NCBI GenBank assembly: GCA_003971905.1
Contig: RSEE01000019.1
Span: forward strand, 186,001 to 250,000
Direction: 5' to 3'
From: Moniliella sp. 'wahieum'
Lineage: Eukaryota
Length of the DNA stretch: 64,000 nt
Part shown: piece after piece, positions 41,769 through 54,420 of the stretch
Layout: each line of letters opens with the position of its first letter
Position numbering within the stretch: position 1 is the first letter of the stretch
Program-made: the position numbers and the translations under genes
The notes under the pieces: generated by a model
The model's input: only the letters and a program-made list of their open reading frames with translations
Database searches by the model: none
Told to the model about the DNA's origin: nothing

Positions 41769-42670
41769 TCAATTTGTGCAAAGGCGCCGGTCGAACACTG
41801 CCGCAGTCGCACCGCTCGCTGGAATACATGGGTGCGCCCGGGTCCACGAGTGCCCAAGACTCGTCCACTTCAGATCAGGAGGCAGCAGAAGAGTCGAATG
41901 GTACGCCATGGCTGGAATCCGGCCGGCATCACTGTTCCTTGGGACATCTCGCACGTCAGCGTCCAAAGGAGTGCGCAGGGCGTGGCAGATTGGAAAACAC
42001 TAGCCGGAACTCCTTTTGCGGCAAGAAAAAGACGGTGCTGTCAGCATGTTCCTTCGCGATTAGAGCTTGAGTTGCGGATATACACATCTAGTGGCTCCAA
42101 TCGACTCTATGTGGCTTCGCAACAGATCCCGCCTAACGCCAGACATTAGCCCGTATTAACCCTGCCTTTCCTTCGGGGGCGGTGATAACGGGCGGTACAT
42201 ACTAGACAGTGCTGGGCTCAAAATGTTTGGCAGTGTGGGAGGGGAAGCGATAAACGTCGGTAACATCCCCGGCTCAGCGCTCTCGGGATCACCCAAATCA
42301 TTGTCACCGTCGCCTCTAACAGAAAGCGCAATCTTACCGTTGTGAGGAATCCTTCCCTTCCTCCTCCTCATCCGCGTCAACGTCCCCTACCTCATTTTCG
42401 GTATCAGCTGTTGGGCACGACAGTCCCAAGCTCAACGACGTAACGAGAGAGGCAGAGGGTAGCTGTCTCCGTAAACAACCCGCCATGCGCATCCACAGCA
42501 AGTCCAGCACGGAGGCTCTTCACGTATGCGGTGTTTTCGGCATGGTTGCATTGTTGGCGCGCGGCGGGGAGGGGCCCCGGCAAGCCAAACGGGGGCGGTG
42601 GGTCTAAGCAATTCTGTGCGATGGGCGCCGTGCTCGTCATGGAACACAGATGCAGCAATCGCACCGGCAT
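41769..42670 (-). CDS. Possible hypothetical protein (fragmented ORFs)
   Basis: Chained short minus-strand ORFs, divergent from PET100; no motif recognised. Confidence 0.2.
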
Positions 42671-42988
42671 ATTGAGTGAGTGGTAGATGCTATGGCGGGG
42701 CTAGGGTCTGGAATGGCGACCAGCGATGCCGACGTCTTTCGATGTCTCCCTTGGCGTCGTTGCCCGTCGGCGTCGATTCTGCTGAGCGATGCATGCCGCG
42801 GTTGGGTGGGGCCACACGGCCGACGGACTTGGAGATTTGAAGAGAGCGGAACATGGAACGTGAAATGTTCAGTCTGTCCTCGGCGGGCTTGCCGGTCGCC
42901 ACCACTCAGAACATTGCTCTGCCCTCAAGCTCAGATCGACGACGGCAAGTACTGCATCGCCACCACCACTACTACCGCCGCCACCATC

Positions 42989-43355
42989 ATGGCCGGGGCC
43001 AATCTTAGATCCTGAAGTTTGCCTTTTATCTTGCCGTTCCCATTAGCATCATGGGCTACTTTGGCAACACCGACTTTTTCTACAAGCCCTTTGTCTACCC
43101 TGAGCGCAACCGCTTCTGGCCAGACACGGACGTCGTGCGTATCCCATCGTTCTCTTCAGGTTCCGTGGATGCTAGGACTCTTTTTTGGAACTACCTCTGA
43201 CACAGATTTGTTTGTATATGCTTGCTGCTCCTTAGCACGAGATTCCCAAAACACGGGAAGATGTACAGGCTGCGGTGGACAAAATCAACGTTCAGCGAGC
43301 AGAGTGGCGTGCGGCAGCGGAGGCCGAGGGTCTTCTTCCTAAGAAGGATGCTTAA
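42989..43355 (+). CDS. PET100: Cytochrome c oxidase assembly factor Pet100 (one frameshift; not recovered by the ORF track)
   Basis: Manual translation: MAGANL-ILKFAFYLAVPISIMGYFGNTDFFYKPFVYPERNRFWPDTDV | intron 43135-43235 | HEIPKTREDVQAAVDKINVQRAEWRAAAEAEGLLPKKDA*. Confidence 0.85.
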
Positions 43356-43822
43356 AAGTCTTCGACTATGCATTTCCGACTTCAGACCTTCCAATATCTT
43401 TGCGTCATGGGATAGGCGAAGCCAAGCGTGCTTGCCATATGCTTGGGCCACTTGCTGGTCGATGCGCCGTGGCATGTGAACCTGTCCGCTCGGTCGGAGC
43501 TTGTCTGTACTATTACTGCACCACTCTAGCCTTCATACCCGATCTCGTCATCGCCATCGCCATCAATACAGCCTTCTTATGTAGCAGAAGAGGGACTTTC
43601 GAGGCAGGCCTACAACGGCGACTGCAGTGGATATGTGCAGGTGTGGGCTGAGTTATGTACCAACTGTTATTACTATTGCAGCAAGCAGGCCTGCCGATTA
43701 TATAATCGAGGCTCCACGCCGCCACGTTGCTATACAACAGGTGTCCTCATTAACTTCATCAGTATCGCTAGCCTCTTCCTGCATCTGTCCCACCACCACA
43801 GCCGACTCCCTCGCGCTGCACT

Positions 43823-44831
43823 ATGCGCTTTGGTACCATTGTGCTTGGGCCTGTCTTGGCCGCCCTAGGGACGCTGAGTCTCGTGTCGGCTGGCACCACT
43901 GGCGATAAGTTCGCTGCCCTGTCCTACAAGCAAGGTGGGGCAATAGACTTATCATCTAGTGCGTTTGGCGAGCTGGCTGACGCACCCCGCGACACGGGTG
44001 CCGCTGTTCTCTTCACCACGATGTCTGGTGGGCGCAATGTGAAGCATGTAAGCAAGTTCAACCTCAGTGGGACTCGCTTTCCAAGCAATGGTCCAAACGT
44101 CATGACTCATCCTTGATTTTTGGTACGCTCGACTTCTTCAAGTCGCGCGAGGTCTTCACCCGCGTACGTGATCACCCTTTTTTGTAGTAGAAATGATCTC
44201 AAGCTAATGTTGGAGGCGCGACAGCTTCGTGTAACCCATGCCCCAGTACTTCTCTACTTCCCCCCCGGGTCGAGCAGCCCTAGCAAATATGATTTTGCCA
44301 CGGGCTCATACGACGCGGAGGATATCGCCGAGTGGCTCGAGACCCAGCGGGGAAGGCCGGTTCCCTACTCGCCGCCCTTCCCTTGGCTCAAAGCGGTTAC
44401 TGCCGTAACATCCTTGTCAGTGGGTACAGCGACTATGTTCTTCTTGCGGCAACACGTGCCGATCGGCGCGGTCCAAGCTCGCCTGGGCCCTCATCGTGCT
44501 GGGTATCATCGTGACACAGACCGCGGGCTACATGTGGAACCAAATCCGTGGTGCTCCCTTTGCCGGGTATGGGCCAGGAGGGCAGGTGAACTACTTTGCA
44601 GCTGGCTTTCAGAACCAATACAGCGCCGAGACGGGTATCATCGCGGGTCTTTACACACTATTGGCCTTTTCGTTTGTGGCATTGGTCAAGGCGGTGCCCA
44701 ACCAGCCGTACAAAGCGCGGCAGCGCGCAGGGGTCTATATCTGGTCGGCAATTTTATTGGTGGGCTTCTCGGTGCTCATCGCCATCTTCCGAATGAAGGC
44801 AGGGGCGTATCCTTTCCGTCTGTTCCTGTGA
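43823..44831 (+). CDS. OST3: Oligosaccharyltransferase subunit OST3/OST6 family
   Basis: Signal peptide; APRD..AVLFT; APVLLYFPP; AGYMWNQIRGAPF; YFAAGFQNQYSAET; C-terminal IFRMKAGAYPFRL. Confidence 0.92.
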
Positions 44832-45657
44832 GGCATGCGGTCCTTGCCGCCATCGCCAGCAGGCATAAGGTGCATGACACATGATATGAAGGATGCCCGG
44901 CCTCCCACGTCAGAATATGTGGCCCTTGTTCGACTGCTGGCCGTAATGCATCGCGCTGAATCAACGGTTGCTTTGCTGGGTGGAGCTATGCCGCACCGGC
45001 CGAGGTGGTTCTGGTGTATATAGTAGTGGAGCGACGCAGAAGACCTCGGCTGTTGGGATGCAGTCAATAAGAAGTGACCAACCCAAACCAGCAAGAAATG
45101 TTGACAAGTATCAAGTGCATGCCAAGCCGAGCGAAAGAGGACAAGAAAAGATGTGGTTTGGGTGGTGCACTTTGGGGGGGAAGAAGAGGACATATGGTGG
45201 TATCACACGTTGCGCGTGGCGCGCGTTACAGCATGCATTGCCAGTAGTGGCAGTAGTGGCCTGTAGCAGGTAGTGGCTCGTGCACAGTGTGGCATGAACA
45301 TTTCAGTTCCCCAAAAGATCGCTATCGAAAGCAAGGGGCTAAGCCTGAGCGGCTGATTAATGATTGATGCAATTGATGATTGAGGATCGATGGGATCGAT
45401 GAGATGAAGGCTGAGATCCGAGGCCCAGACTCAGCCGCTAATAAGGCAGGCGCTGATACAAGCGCAAGCATGCATGAATCACGCACACCCGCGCTCAGAT
45501 CTGACAGCAGATCTAAAGCGCATGGTTCCCAACGGCAACCACCAGCACCACCACGACCATCCTCTCCCCCATCTCTCCTTCCTCTTCCTTCACCGCACGG
45601 TCATTTACACCTCATTGGATGACCAAGGGTGAACAACCGTGAGTTAAAGAAGCCATC

Positions 45658-47205
45658 ATGGGTTCTCCCCTCAACTTCCTGCGCGCAGCAGCCGTTCGAC
45701 GTCTGTATCTGCCGCCACACGTCGTCGACCTCTGGACCCGCGAAGTTGCGCGTCCACGCTACACACTCCTCATCCTTATTCTCCTCAGTGCTTACCTTTC
45801 ACCATCCGCCACCGACTATTCCACCAAGGGCCTGGACAAGAAACAGCAACACAAACAACCGCACCCCCCAGTCGTCCTGTCTCCTCCACCACTCTGCCTA
45901 CCGATTTGGACGCTTCTGATTCATCTGGGCCCCTCCGTGCCTCACTCTATGTCCTGATTGGAGTGGGTGTCACGGGCTCTGCAGTAACCATTGTGCAGCT
46001 TCTGGGTCTTTGGGGGTTGCGCCTTTTGGCTGTAACCGTTGATCATTGGCTGGATTCTATGCCGTTCGCGCCTCGCAGTTACTCCCTTCATTTGAAGCTC
46101 CGGATTTGGGTCATCGCTCTCGCCCTAAGTGCTGCTGCGGTAGCCACGGCACAGCCTTTTATGGCCAGTGCTACTGCCTCGCTCGTATTGCATGTCTGTC
46201 ATTGGGGTGGCCTTAACCTGCGTGATCCCCTCGCCCTCACCTCACCTGGTCCCTTGAAGCTAATCGTCTGCCTCGATTCCTTAGCCGCTGTGGCGAGCGC
46301 ATTTACCATCCTCCTTCGGATTGAGCCATTTCTTTCCACCCAAGTCACATGTCCGAGCCCATCTCATGCTCCCTCCTTAGCCCGTTCGGCATTTATGGCG
46401 TCGATCAAAGCGTTTTTCTAGGCCCCAAGAATGCATCCACAGCTCGAGCGCAGCAACGGTACCAGCGCCGTCTCGCCCGCCATCGAGGCAAGTCCGAGCT
46501 ATGGGCCTGCAAGCTTTCCCCGCGCCACCTCCACCAGTGTTTCGGGAAGCTTCGCCTCGTCCAACATCTCGAGTTGGGACGGTCCCCAGTGGACCCCCCG
46601 AAATGGCTGTGCCGGCTGTTAAGCCGCCTCGTCAACGAGGGCACAGTGTGAGGCTTGATCTTGCCTGGGTAATGGAGGTGGCGCTGGCATTACTCAACCG
46701 TGGGTTGACAGCATGCAGTACACTGTCATCCTGGCTTTACTGCCGCGCGTAATCATCATCACTCTTGTGGTTGGTCTGGCACTACATCAGCAGGCCACCA
46801 CCTTTATTGATACTGGTCCGAGGCCCGGGGGGCAGCCGAGTGCCTGGAATATGTGGTTCGTCGCTGGCCTGGACCGAAGGAGGGACAGGATTCGATGGAG
46901 GAGCAAGTCTGTGCTATGTGTTTTGAGCCCTTGTCACGCATGTTGCGGTGCCCGAGGGGGAAAAGGCGACAGAGGAGGATCTCTCCAGTGCCCATTCAGC
47001 TCGTAAGGGGGTCGCATGTTTGGATTGCGGGCACTGGCTCCACCCAACATGTCTTGTGACCTGGCTGACTAACCAGGCGTTTTGTCCTGTTTGTCATATG
47101 CCTCTCCAGCTTGCCCCGCCAGGTCAGCGCGACTTCGCCCGTGGCATCCAACCATCCGAGGTCGGATTTTTCTCCCAACGGCCCCGACGTGCCCACAGCA
47201 GCTGA
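45658..47205 (+). CDS. Membrane-anchored RING-H2 E3 ubiquitin ligase (frameshifted)
   Basis: Several hydrophobic helices, then CAMCFEPL..LDCGHWLHPTCLVTWLTNQAFCPVCH. Confidence 0.75.
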
Positions 47206-48015
47206 GCGAGAGAGAGCGTTGACGACCCACTCTCCATGCCCAGACTCATTCATCATCATTGTGTATGGCCATCCATTGCTTACCATAATTGACGTTTCTT
47301 CACCCTCGTTCCAACTTCACTCTTCGCTGTAATAGCACGCATTCTTTAAACATATAATGTCCACTCCCGCCAACGGCCAACGGGCGTATCATCACCGGCG
47401 GGGGGCTCCATACTTCGCCGTTTTCAAACTAGGCAGAGTAGCAGAGGTTCTATCTCAAGGCAAAGGCACTTTCGGCCCCTTGCTGCTGCTTTTATTCCTA
47501 GTATGCAGAGCTACACTGCATAATAGTCTCAAAACTATTGACAGGCGGTGGTTATAGTGCACACGGGAGTAGATTGTCAAGGCACTTTGATGGCCGGGTT
47601 TATGCACAGAGTTGGGGAGAGAGAATGAGTGGGGGGGCTGGGGGAGACGCTCGTGTATGTTGGGAGCTTTGTCCCTAGGCCTCCTCTCGAGCCTCAGGTT
47701 GATGAGCCGATGAGCCCAAACCCCCAATCCCCAAACCAAATGCTCCTAAGGCCAATGGCCATCGGAGTGGTGTGGGGCAAACCAAACCCCACCACCTCGC
47801 AGCGGCGAAAAGAAAATGGCAGTCACGTGATGTCTCAAGGAAATGGATGGGAACAACCCTATTCTAATGAGTGTGACCCCGTGCTACTGTTTCCTCATTA
47901 CTCGCCGCAGCAACCCTGGCCTTGTTCTGGCGATCCTCAGTATAGTTGCTTCGGGTCGCCTGGTGTCGCCGCAGACCCGAACGTCCCAAGCCAGTCCACC
48001 GACTCTGCATCCGAC

Positions 48016-48649
48016 ATGGTCTCCTCCAGCCGTCGCACGAACCGCAAGATCCAGCTGAGCGCACCGGCGCATCTGCGCCGCAAGCTCATGAGCTCGCCTC
48101 TGAGCAAAGAGCTCCGCGCTGAGCACGGCGTAAGTACCCTTCCCTGTTGGAATCGGGATTGTTGTACGGGACAATCTGGGGCGTAACGAGACCACGGGCG
48201 GGATGGCGGGCATTGCGCCATTCGCAACTGGGGAATTATTTCTCCTCCCGTTCTGGAGGACGTATGCCCGGGTGGCCCGTACTGCGCCTGGATACTTCAT
48301 ATCGGCACTTAACTGGCGCGAATTGGCGAAGAAAACCTTGACTGACTCGAGTGGCCCTTTACAGATCCGCTCCATGCCCATCGTCAAGGGCGATGAAGTC
48401 CAGATTGTCCGCGGCTCGAAGAAGGGCGCTGAGGGTCGTGTGACCCAGGTGTACCGCAAGAAGTGGGTCATCCACGTTGACCGTGTGGAGCGTGAGAAGG
48501 CCAAGGAGCAGACTGTGCCCATCCCAGTTGCCGCCTCCAACGTGGTGATTACCAAGCTTAAGCTCGACAAGAGCCGCAAGGTTATCATCGCCCGCAAGTC
48601 GGGCAAGCCTGTGGCAGATGCGGAGGGTGACGTTGAGATGAAGGCCTAA
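48016..48649 (+). CDS. RPL26: 60S ribosomal protein L26 (uL24)
   Basis: [34 protein letters not shown] | intron 48130-48364 | [33 protein letters not shown]. Confidence 0.97.
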
Positions 48650-49990
48650 AGGTTGGTTAGTCTCTCTTCCTGTCCTTTATCCTCAACTTTCCTCATCTCC
48701 ATTCCGTCTTCCTCTTCAGAGACGTCCATATCCCAAAAAAAACACAGGAGCACGGTACCAGCTCATGGCCATGGCCAAGGTCGTGGTTGCTGGTCTTTGC
48801 TGGTGGCAGTTCTTGTTGCCGTTGGCGCATGCTGGCGAAAGTTGGTATTGTGGCCAACGTGTGTGCGTTGTTATGCGAATGCCCATGATCTAAGTGGCCT
48901 ACAAACGGCATATGGCTGAAACGGTCCGTGTCAGAGGAAGAGGCCGCCAGCTCTGAAGGGTCGTCATCGATAGATGTGCAGGGAGGAGAGAGGAGAAGAT
49001 CGATACGGCGGCTCACGCCCGGTTGGTGGCCGGTGAGTGGCACAATAGAGAGGATGCTCTGTAGCACGTAACACGTAGCGCGCAACGCCTTACAGCTTAC
49101 GCCCACAATGCAAGTGTCCTCGGTGTGCTCCTATTTAGGCCGTATGTAGGCGGGAAAGGGACCGATGGCTCATGCACTGAAGTGAATGAGGGGCAAGGGG
49201 CTGGGTCCCAGCGCTCGGCGGCGGCCCACAGGGCGCAATCGAATTGGGCAGGCCGGCACGTTGAGTCGCTTGGGCTAGCAATGCGGTGGCTGCCAGGAGA
49301 CCCGAAGTAGGCATTGCAGGGAGTAACATGTAACAGCGGATCATGTAACGTGTGGCGCGTGGCGCGTACCAGGGTATTGATGCCGACGGTGTGGGGATCA
49401 AGAGGGCGGAGTGGGAATGAACACACCAGGCGCGCTCACAGGCGCTCAGGCACTCAGGCTGACGCTGAGGATTGAGTTCCTGAGTACTCCCTCAGTACGG
49501 AGTCGGACCTTAGCCAGGCCTAGACGCCAGCGCTTGTGACATGTGGCCCGTGAGGCGTGGCGTCACGCGTGACATGTGGCATGGGAGTGGCTGGGCCAGC
49601 ACGGGGCGAGCATGGGGCGAGCTGCAAGGAGTGGGTCTAAAGCTTTTAAAGGCATTGACGTTCCCATTGTTGGTGTTTGACCTCCGTTGTTTACCCAGAC
49701 GGAGGACCGCACGTTGAGCGCGCCAGTACGCAAGTCCTCAACGTCAACGTTCAACCTGCTCGGGAGATCAATGACTTATGAGGTCATGGGGATCGAGGAA
49801 CAGATCGTCAGAGAGAACTCCACGTAAGCATGGCAGCAGTGTGGCTCTCTTTCTCCTCCAACCCACACCTGTGACTTTTGCCCCTGCTCTACGTCCACAT
49901 GGAAGCAGACGCCATCGCCATCGCCGCCGCCCTCATCATCAGCTCCAGTTGAGCGAGTTTTTCCAAGAACGTTACAGACCAGCCCTCGCC

Positions 49991-52627
49991 ATGCCGTCCC
50001 ACCGCATCAAGCACTTCCCAATGGTCAAAGAGCATGGGCTCACCACTCAGCTCACCACCCTGGTTTCCCTCCCTGTTTCCACCTCCTCTTCCAACCCCAT
50101 TTTGCGCCAGCCGGCGCCCGACTTCGACATGCTTGATCACCACGGCCAAGTCCACACCCTGCACTCCTATATCTCCATGGGCAAACCAGTGGTCCTCTTC
50201 TTCTACCCGCTCGCGGGCTCGCCCTTTTGTACCAAGCAGCTCTGTGCCCCCGCTCTATGCAGCTCGTCGCGCCTTCCTTCTCTCCTGCCGCCGTCACCCT
50301 CATCGGTGTGTCACAAGACTCGCCCACCCGCATCGCCCAGTTTGTCCAGCAGCACAGCATTTCCTATCCGGTCCTCTCCGATGTCGACCGCACAGTACAC
50401 AACGCCTACGGCGTAGGCACCATCCTTATGGGCTCATGAACCGTAAGTCACTAGTCAATAGTCACTAGTCCTTTCCCGCCACCGGCACCCTGACCGACTG
50501 ACCCTTCATGTTTCTGATTTGCCTTTGTTTGTTGCACCTTGAACGTTCAGAGCGCACCACCTTTGTGATTGACACACGGGGCATTGTTCGAGGCTCCGCA
50601 GAGGGTACATTCAATTACAAAGGTCACATCAAATACGTCGAGCGTTGGCTAACTCGCATCGGTGACGAGGAAGCATTCCTGTCTCAAGGTGGCCCAGCGG
50701 CCGAGTTGATCCAGCAGCGCTTTTTCGACACAGCCCCAACACCGTCCCGTCTCACCTCCGAGCCTCAGGATACACCATCAGAACCCGAGGGGTCACCCTT
50801 ACCGGCAGCCGTCTACGCCTCCTCCCGGGTCGCCACTAGCTCAGGTCTCATTCGCCCGTCCCAGGCTGTGGTCAATGCTCTCCGCACCGACGTCTCAAAT
50901 GAAGAACTGAACAGCTCCGGCCCTCTATCCAAGTTGGCTCCCGTACCTGCGCTCACACACTCTTTACTCTCTCCGGAGCCGCCTGTGTACGAGAACGTGG
51001 ACGAGAGATCCAATTCTAGCTCCCTCGCTCCCTGGAACAATTCATCCTCCACCAGTCGCATCAGCCCCTCATCCAGTGAATGGCAAACTCACTACCAGAG
51101 TCAACCGCAGAACAATTCCTATCCCGATCTGAATGCCCCATCACTTCTCCAAGGCATGGGCTTAGAACCGGCAAGCCCTGAGGCGGTATATGGTAGCCCA
51201 TTGCAGCAGACTCCATCAGCCCGACCAAGCGGATGGGCCCCAAGCATCACGAGCCTCTTGGGCGCAGACGTGCCCTCGCGTCCTCCAGCTGATGACTCGA
51301 TCTCTGAACCGGATTCACCCTTGGACCAAAACCCTCCCATCGCGCGGCGGACTCGGCCATCCAACGTTGTCTCCACAAGAGGATACGAGGAGAACGAAAG
51401 TGCTTCCGACTCGGAATGGTCGATTGCCAATGATTTTCCCAGCCCTGTACATGATTCTGTTGCGGAAGACGCACCGATACCTCCAAAGGCACAGTCCATG
51501 GCTTTGGGCGGATATCCGTCACCCCACTTCTCTTTCATACCTCTCAGTCGGACTCGAACCTACGCCGGTCCTCTAGGGGACACAGTCGCAATGGCCCATG
51601 TATCGCCGGCTCCAGTACGCGAGCCAGCTTCAACTTGTCTTTACCTTACTCAGCCACGAAGCGGGGTGGAGAGGCGCACGAGAGTGTGCAATCCCCCAAC
51701 CGGGTTCGGGTTCACCAAGGCCTTACAGAGCCTCCTGTTCCTTCACTTCCATCTGGTTTACCTCTTATACCTGAGCAACTTGGCTTGACTACACCTGATG
51801 CGAGCAATGCGAATGGCCTTGTGCGCGTGGGTTCTACACCTACTATCAACCGCCCCCCTCCGATTATGTCGGGCTTCAAACAACTTGGTCCCCATGCTGA
51901 TTCAGTCAGTTCCGATTGTCGCCCTTCTGCGTCACTCAGCGTTCCCAATCCCACTGGGTGCACAGGTGACCTTACCGTACCCGAGGACTCCGGAATGGTC
52001 CCAGCCCTCGCTGCTTCTAACTTATCGGTAATCGCACCGAGAAAACGCACTTCTGCCCCTGTACCTATGGCTCCTCCTCATCCCCCAGCGCAGGAATCCC
52101 GCCCCACACTTTTAACCCCTACCTCTGTAGCGCCAAGTTCGTATCTTGAGCAACGCGGTTCTGGTGAAGTCCCTCCTTCATTTTCCCCCCTCGTTTTGCA
52201 TACCCCGCTTCCATCTGAACGCGGCAGTGTCAACCAAGATGTCACCTATCCCCGCTCAGCTCCGTCGCGGCTACGTTCCGCTAAGTCTTACAACACCCTA
52301 GCCACGGAAACGCTTACGCCGGAACACTTCCGCACCCGCGTGCGCTCCCGTCCCACTCGTAACAAAGGTATTAGTGCAACTCCTTCCTTCTCTACCGTGC
52401 CTGGATACCAGCATACAAGTACTGCCGCCTCGGGAAACCAGGCCCTCTCCCCCAACGCGGGGGTGGGTGCGCGTTGGGTTCCCCCTTCCCGTGGCGGCTC
52501 CACACCTTGGCCCTCCAACATTAGGCGCCCCTTATTTTCCTTGGGCCTGGAGCATGCCCACTCGTCCCCCAACTTACTGGACTGGGAAAACCGATTCGGG
52601 CTGCCCCTCGACAAACGACGGAGGTGA
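49991..52627 (+). CDS. BCP/PrxQ-type peroxiredoxin domain followed by a long Ser/Pro-rich disordered tail
   Basis: APDF..VVLFFYPLAGSPFCTKQLC (PxxxSxxC, CxxxxC); LIGVSQDS; YPVLSD; intron 50443-50550; RTTFVID. The frame stays open into ORF 50508..51788 and, after a shift, 51635..52627. Confidence 0.75.
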
Positions 52628-53093
52628 GGCCAACGTCGCTGCGTCACCCCCACTATTCTATAGAACCTGGGCATGATTCTTATATATAAGTTCCATTCTT
52701 GTGTGTCTTCCTGTGCTGGGGGTATATTGTGGGTACATAATACCTCTTTTGGTTCTCTGTCCGGTTTCCTGTCAACCAATCGTCAACGCATTCATGTGCG
52801 AGCGACAGCGGAAGATGGCGTCGATATTGGCACGCTGACGAGATGGAAAACACAGTGAATGCGGTAAGCGTCAGACGAATGTGAAAATGGAGACGTTGTA
52901 GAACGCGGATGTACCCTTCTCCCTCATCCGTTCATCGGGAGAGCGGTGATATATGATACCAGTGATAGGTGGCAATATCGGAGAAGAAAGGAAGTGGGAT
53001 GGGCTAAAAAGCTGTGGAGGCGTGTCTCCTCCGCATGTCCACTACAGCTTTGCCAAATCCCATCACACTTCCGCTGTTTCTCCTAGAGGGAGA

Positions 53094-54420
53094 TCATCGA
53101 TCAGTACCTAGGTACTCAGTACATCGGTAAGTACTGAGTCACAAAAGAGGCACTTGTCACCCGCACCGGTCACTAGGATCATCGATCACGGGTCACTAGT
53201 CACTAGTCACAGATCACTTATAATCATTTTTGTCGGAGGAACATGTGCAGCATCACGCATCACACATACGTGGGGAAAAGACGGCACCGCTAAACGCCAG
53301 AAAAAGGGAAGTGGAGACCTAGTAAGCAACGGAGGACACGGTATATACTGCACACTCACAGTTAGTACTTAGTAGTCCTTGCATGCTGAGGGCGCTGAGG
53401 AATAGACGTCCAAAATGATTGCGTTCAGTTTGAACGCGTTCAATGTCAGCCATGGATAGGAGTTATCTAGTTATTGAACTCAAAATTGGCATCATGCAAA
53501 AGAGGAATACTTTGCAGTATCTCCCCGGTGCGACAGAGTGCAATGGCCAACGGAGTACCAATAACCGGATGTGACCTGTGTTGACAGCTTGGTCCGGCTA
53601 CGTACGTGTAGCTCTCGCAGGCCACACGTACGTGATCGAGATCGATCACGATCACCGACCGAGTCTGATGGATTCTCAGGTGTGGGGCCGGTGGCCGGTG
53701 GAGGAGGAGAGGGCAAGAAGCTCGGCCGAAAAGGGGCACAGGCACTGCAAATAAACCTATAACCGTCGGCACGGAGATGCAGGGCCCCGATCACACAGGC
53801 ACAGATAGTTCAGTACTCAGTGGCACAGACACAACAGCCACCCACACGAAAGAGTGTCTCTGCGACATGTGGAGAGATGGCCGTACAATCTGCTTCTCCC
53901 AAAAATGACTTCGCGGTTGGTACTCCCGAATACTCAGTAGTGTATACTCAGTACTCAGTACTCCGAACTCTTCACAGTTCAGAGTCTGAATACTCTCGAA
54001 CTCATCGAACTCATCAGCAATCAATTAATCAATATTCAATACTCAGTACTCAGTATACACTCACCGATGAGCAATCAGCGCTAAGCCGTCGCCATTACCA
54101 TCTCTCCTCAGGCCTCAGGGGCCACAGGCCCCTCAGGCCTCAAGCTTCAAGCTCCTTCAAAAACCTTAGGTCCTTTTCAGGATCGGGGGATCGGTACTCA
54201 GTTGAGTACTCAGTGACTAGTGACTAGTGTGGCAAATGAGAGCCGCGAACAGTTCCGCGACTTGTTGTAACCAGATTGGCTGAGACTTGAGAAGACTTTT
54301 GAGAGTCTCTAAGGATCTAAGTCTAAGATCTAACGTGGCATATGCCATGTGATGCGTGACACCTTAATATGTGGCCTTAGGCCTTAGATCTTAGAGTAAG
54401 CGCTTAAAGCCGTATTGAAC
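53094..54420. repeat. Dense field of period-7 palindromic micro-repeats (TNA + 4-bp palindrome)
   Basis: TCA-TCGA-TCA-GTAC at 53094; (TCA-CTAG)n at 53193; (TCA-GTAC)n at 53945-53963; TCA-GGCC-TCA-AGCT-TCA-AGCT at 54133-54153; GGCC-TTA-GGCC-TTA-GATC-TTA at 54373-54393. Confidence 0.85.

Noticed and set aside
53094..54420. Clusters of 6-bp restriction sites suggesting a polylinker or vector contamination, or a CRISPR array
   Set aside because: Sites are degenerate, tandemly repeated and scattered through native intergenic DNA and an intron; there is no constant repeat with unique spacers.
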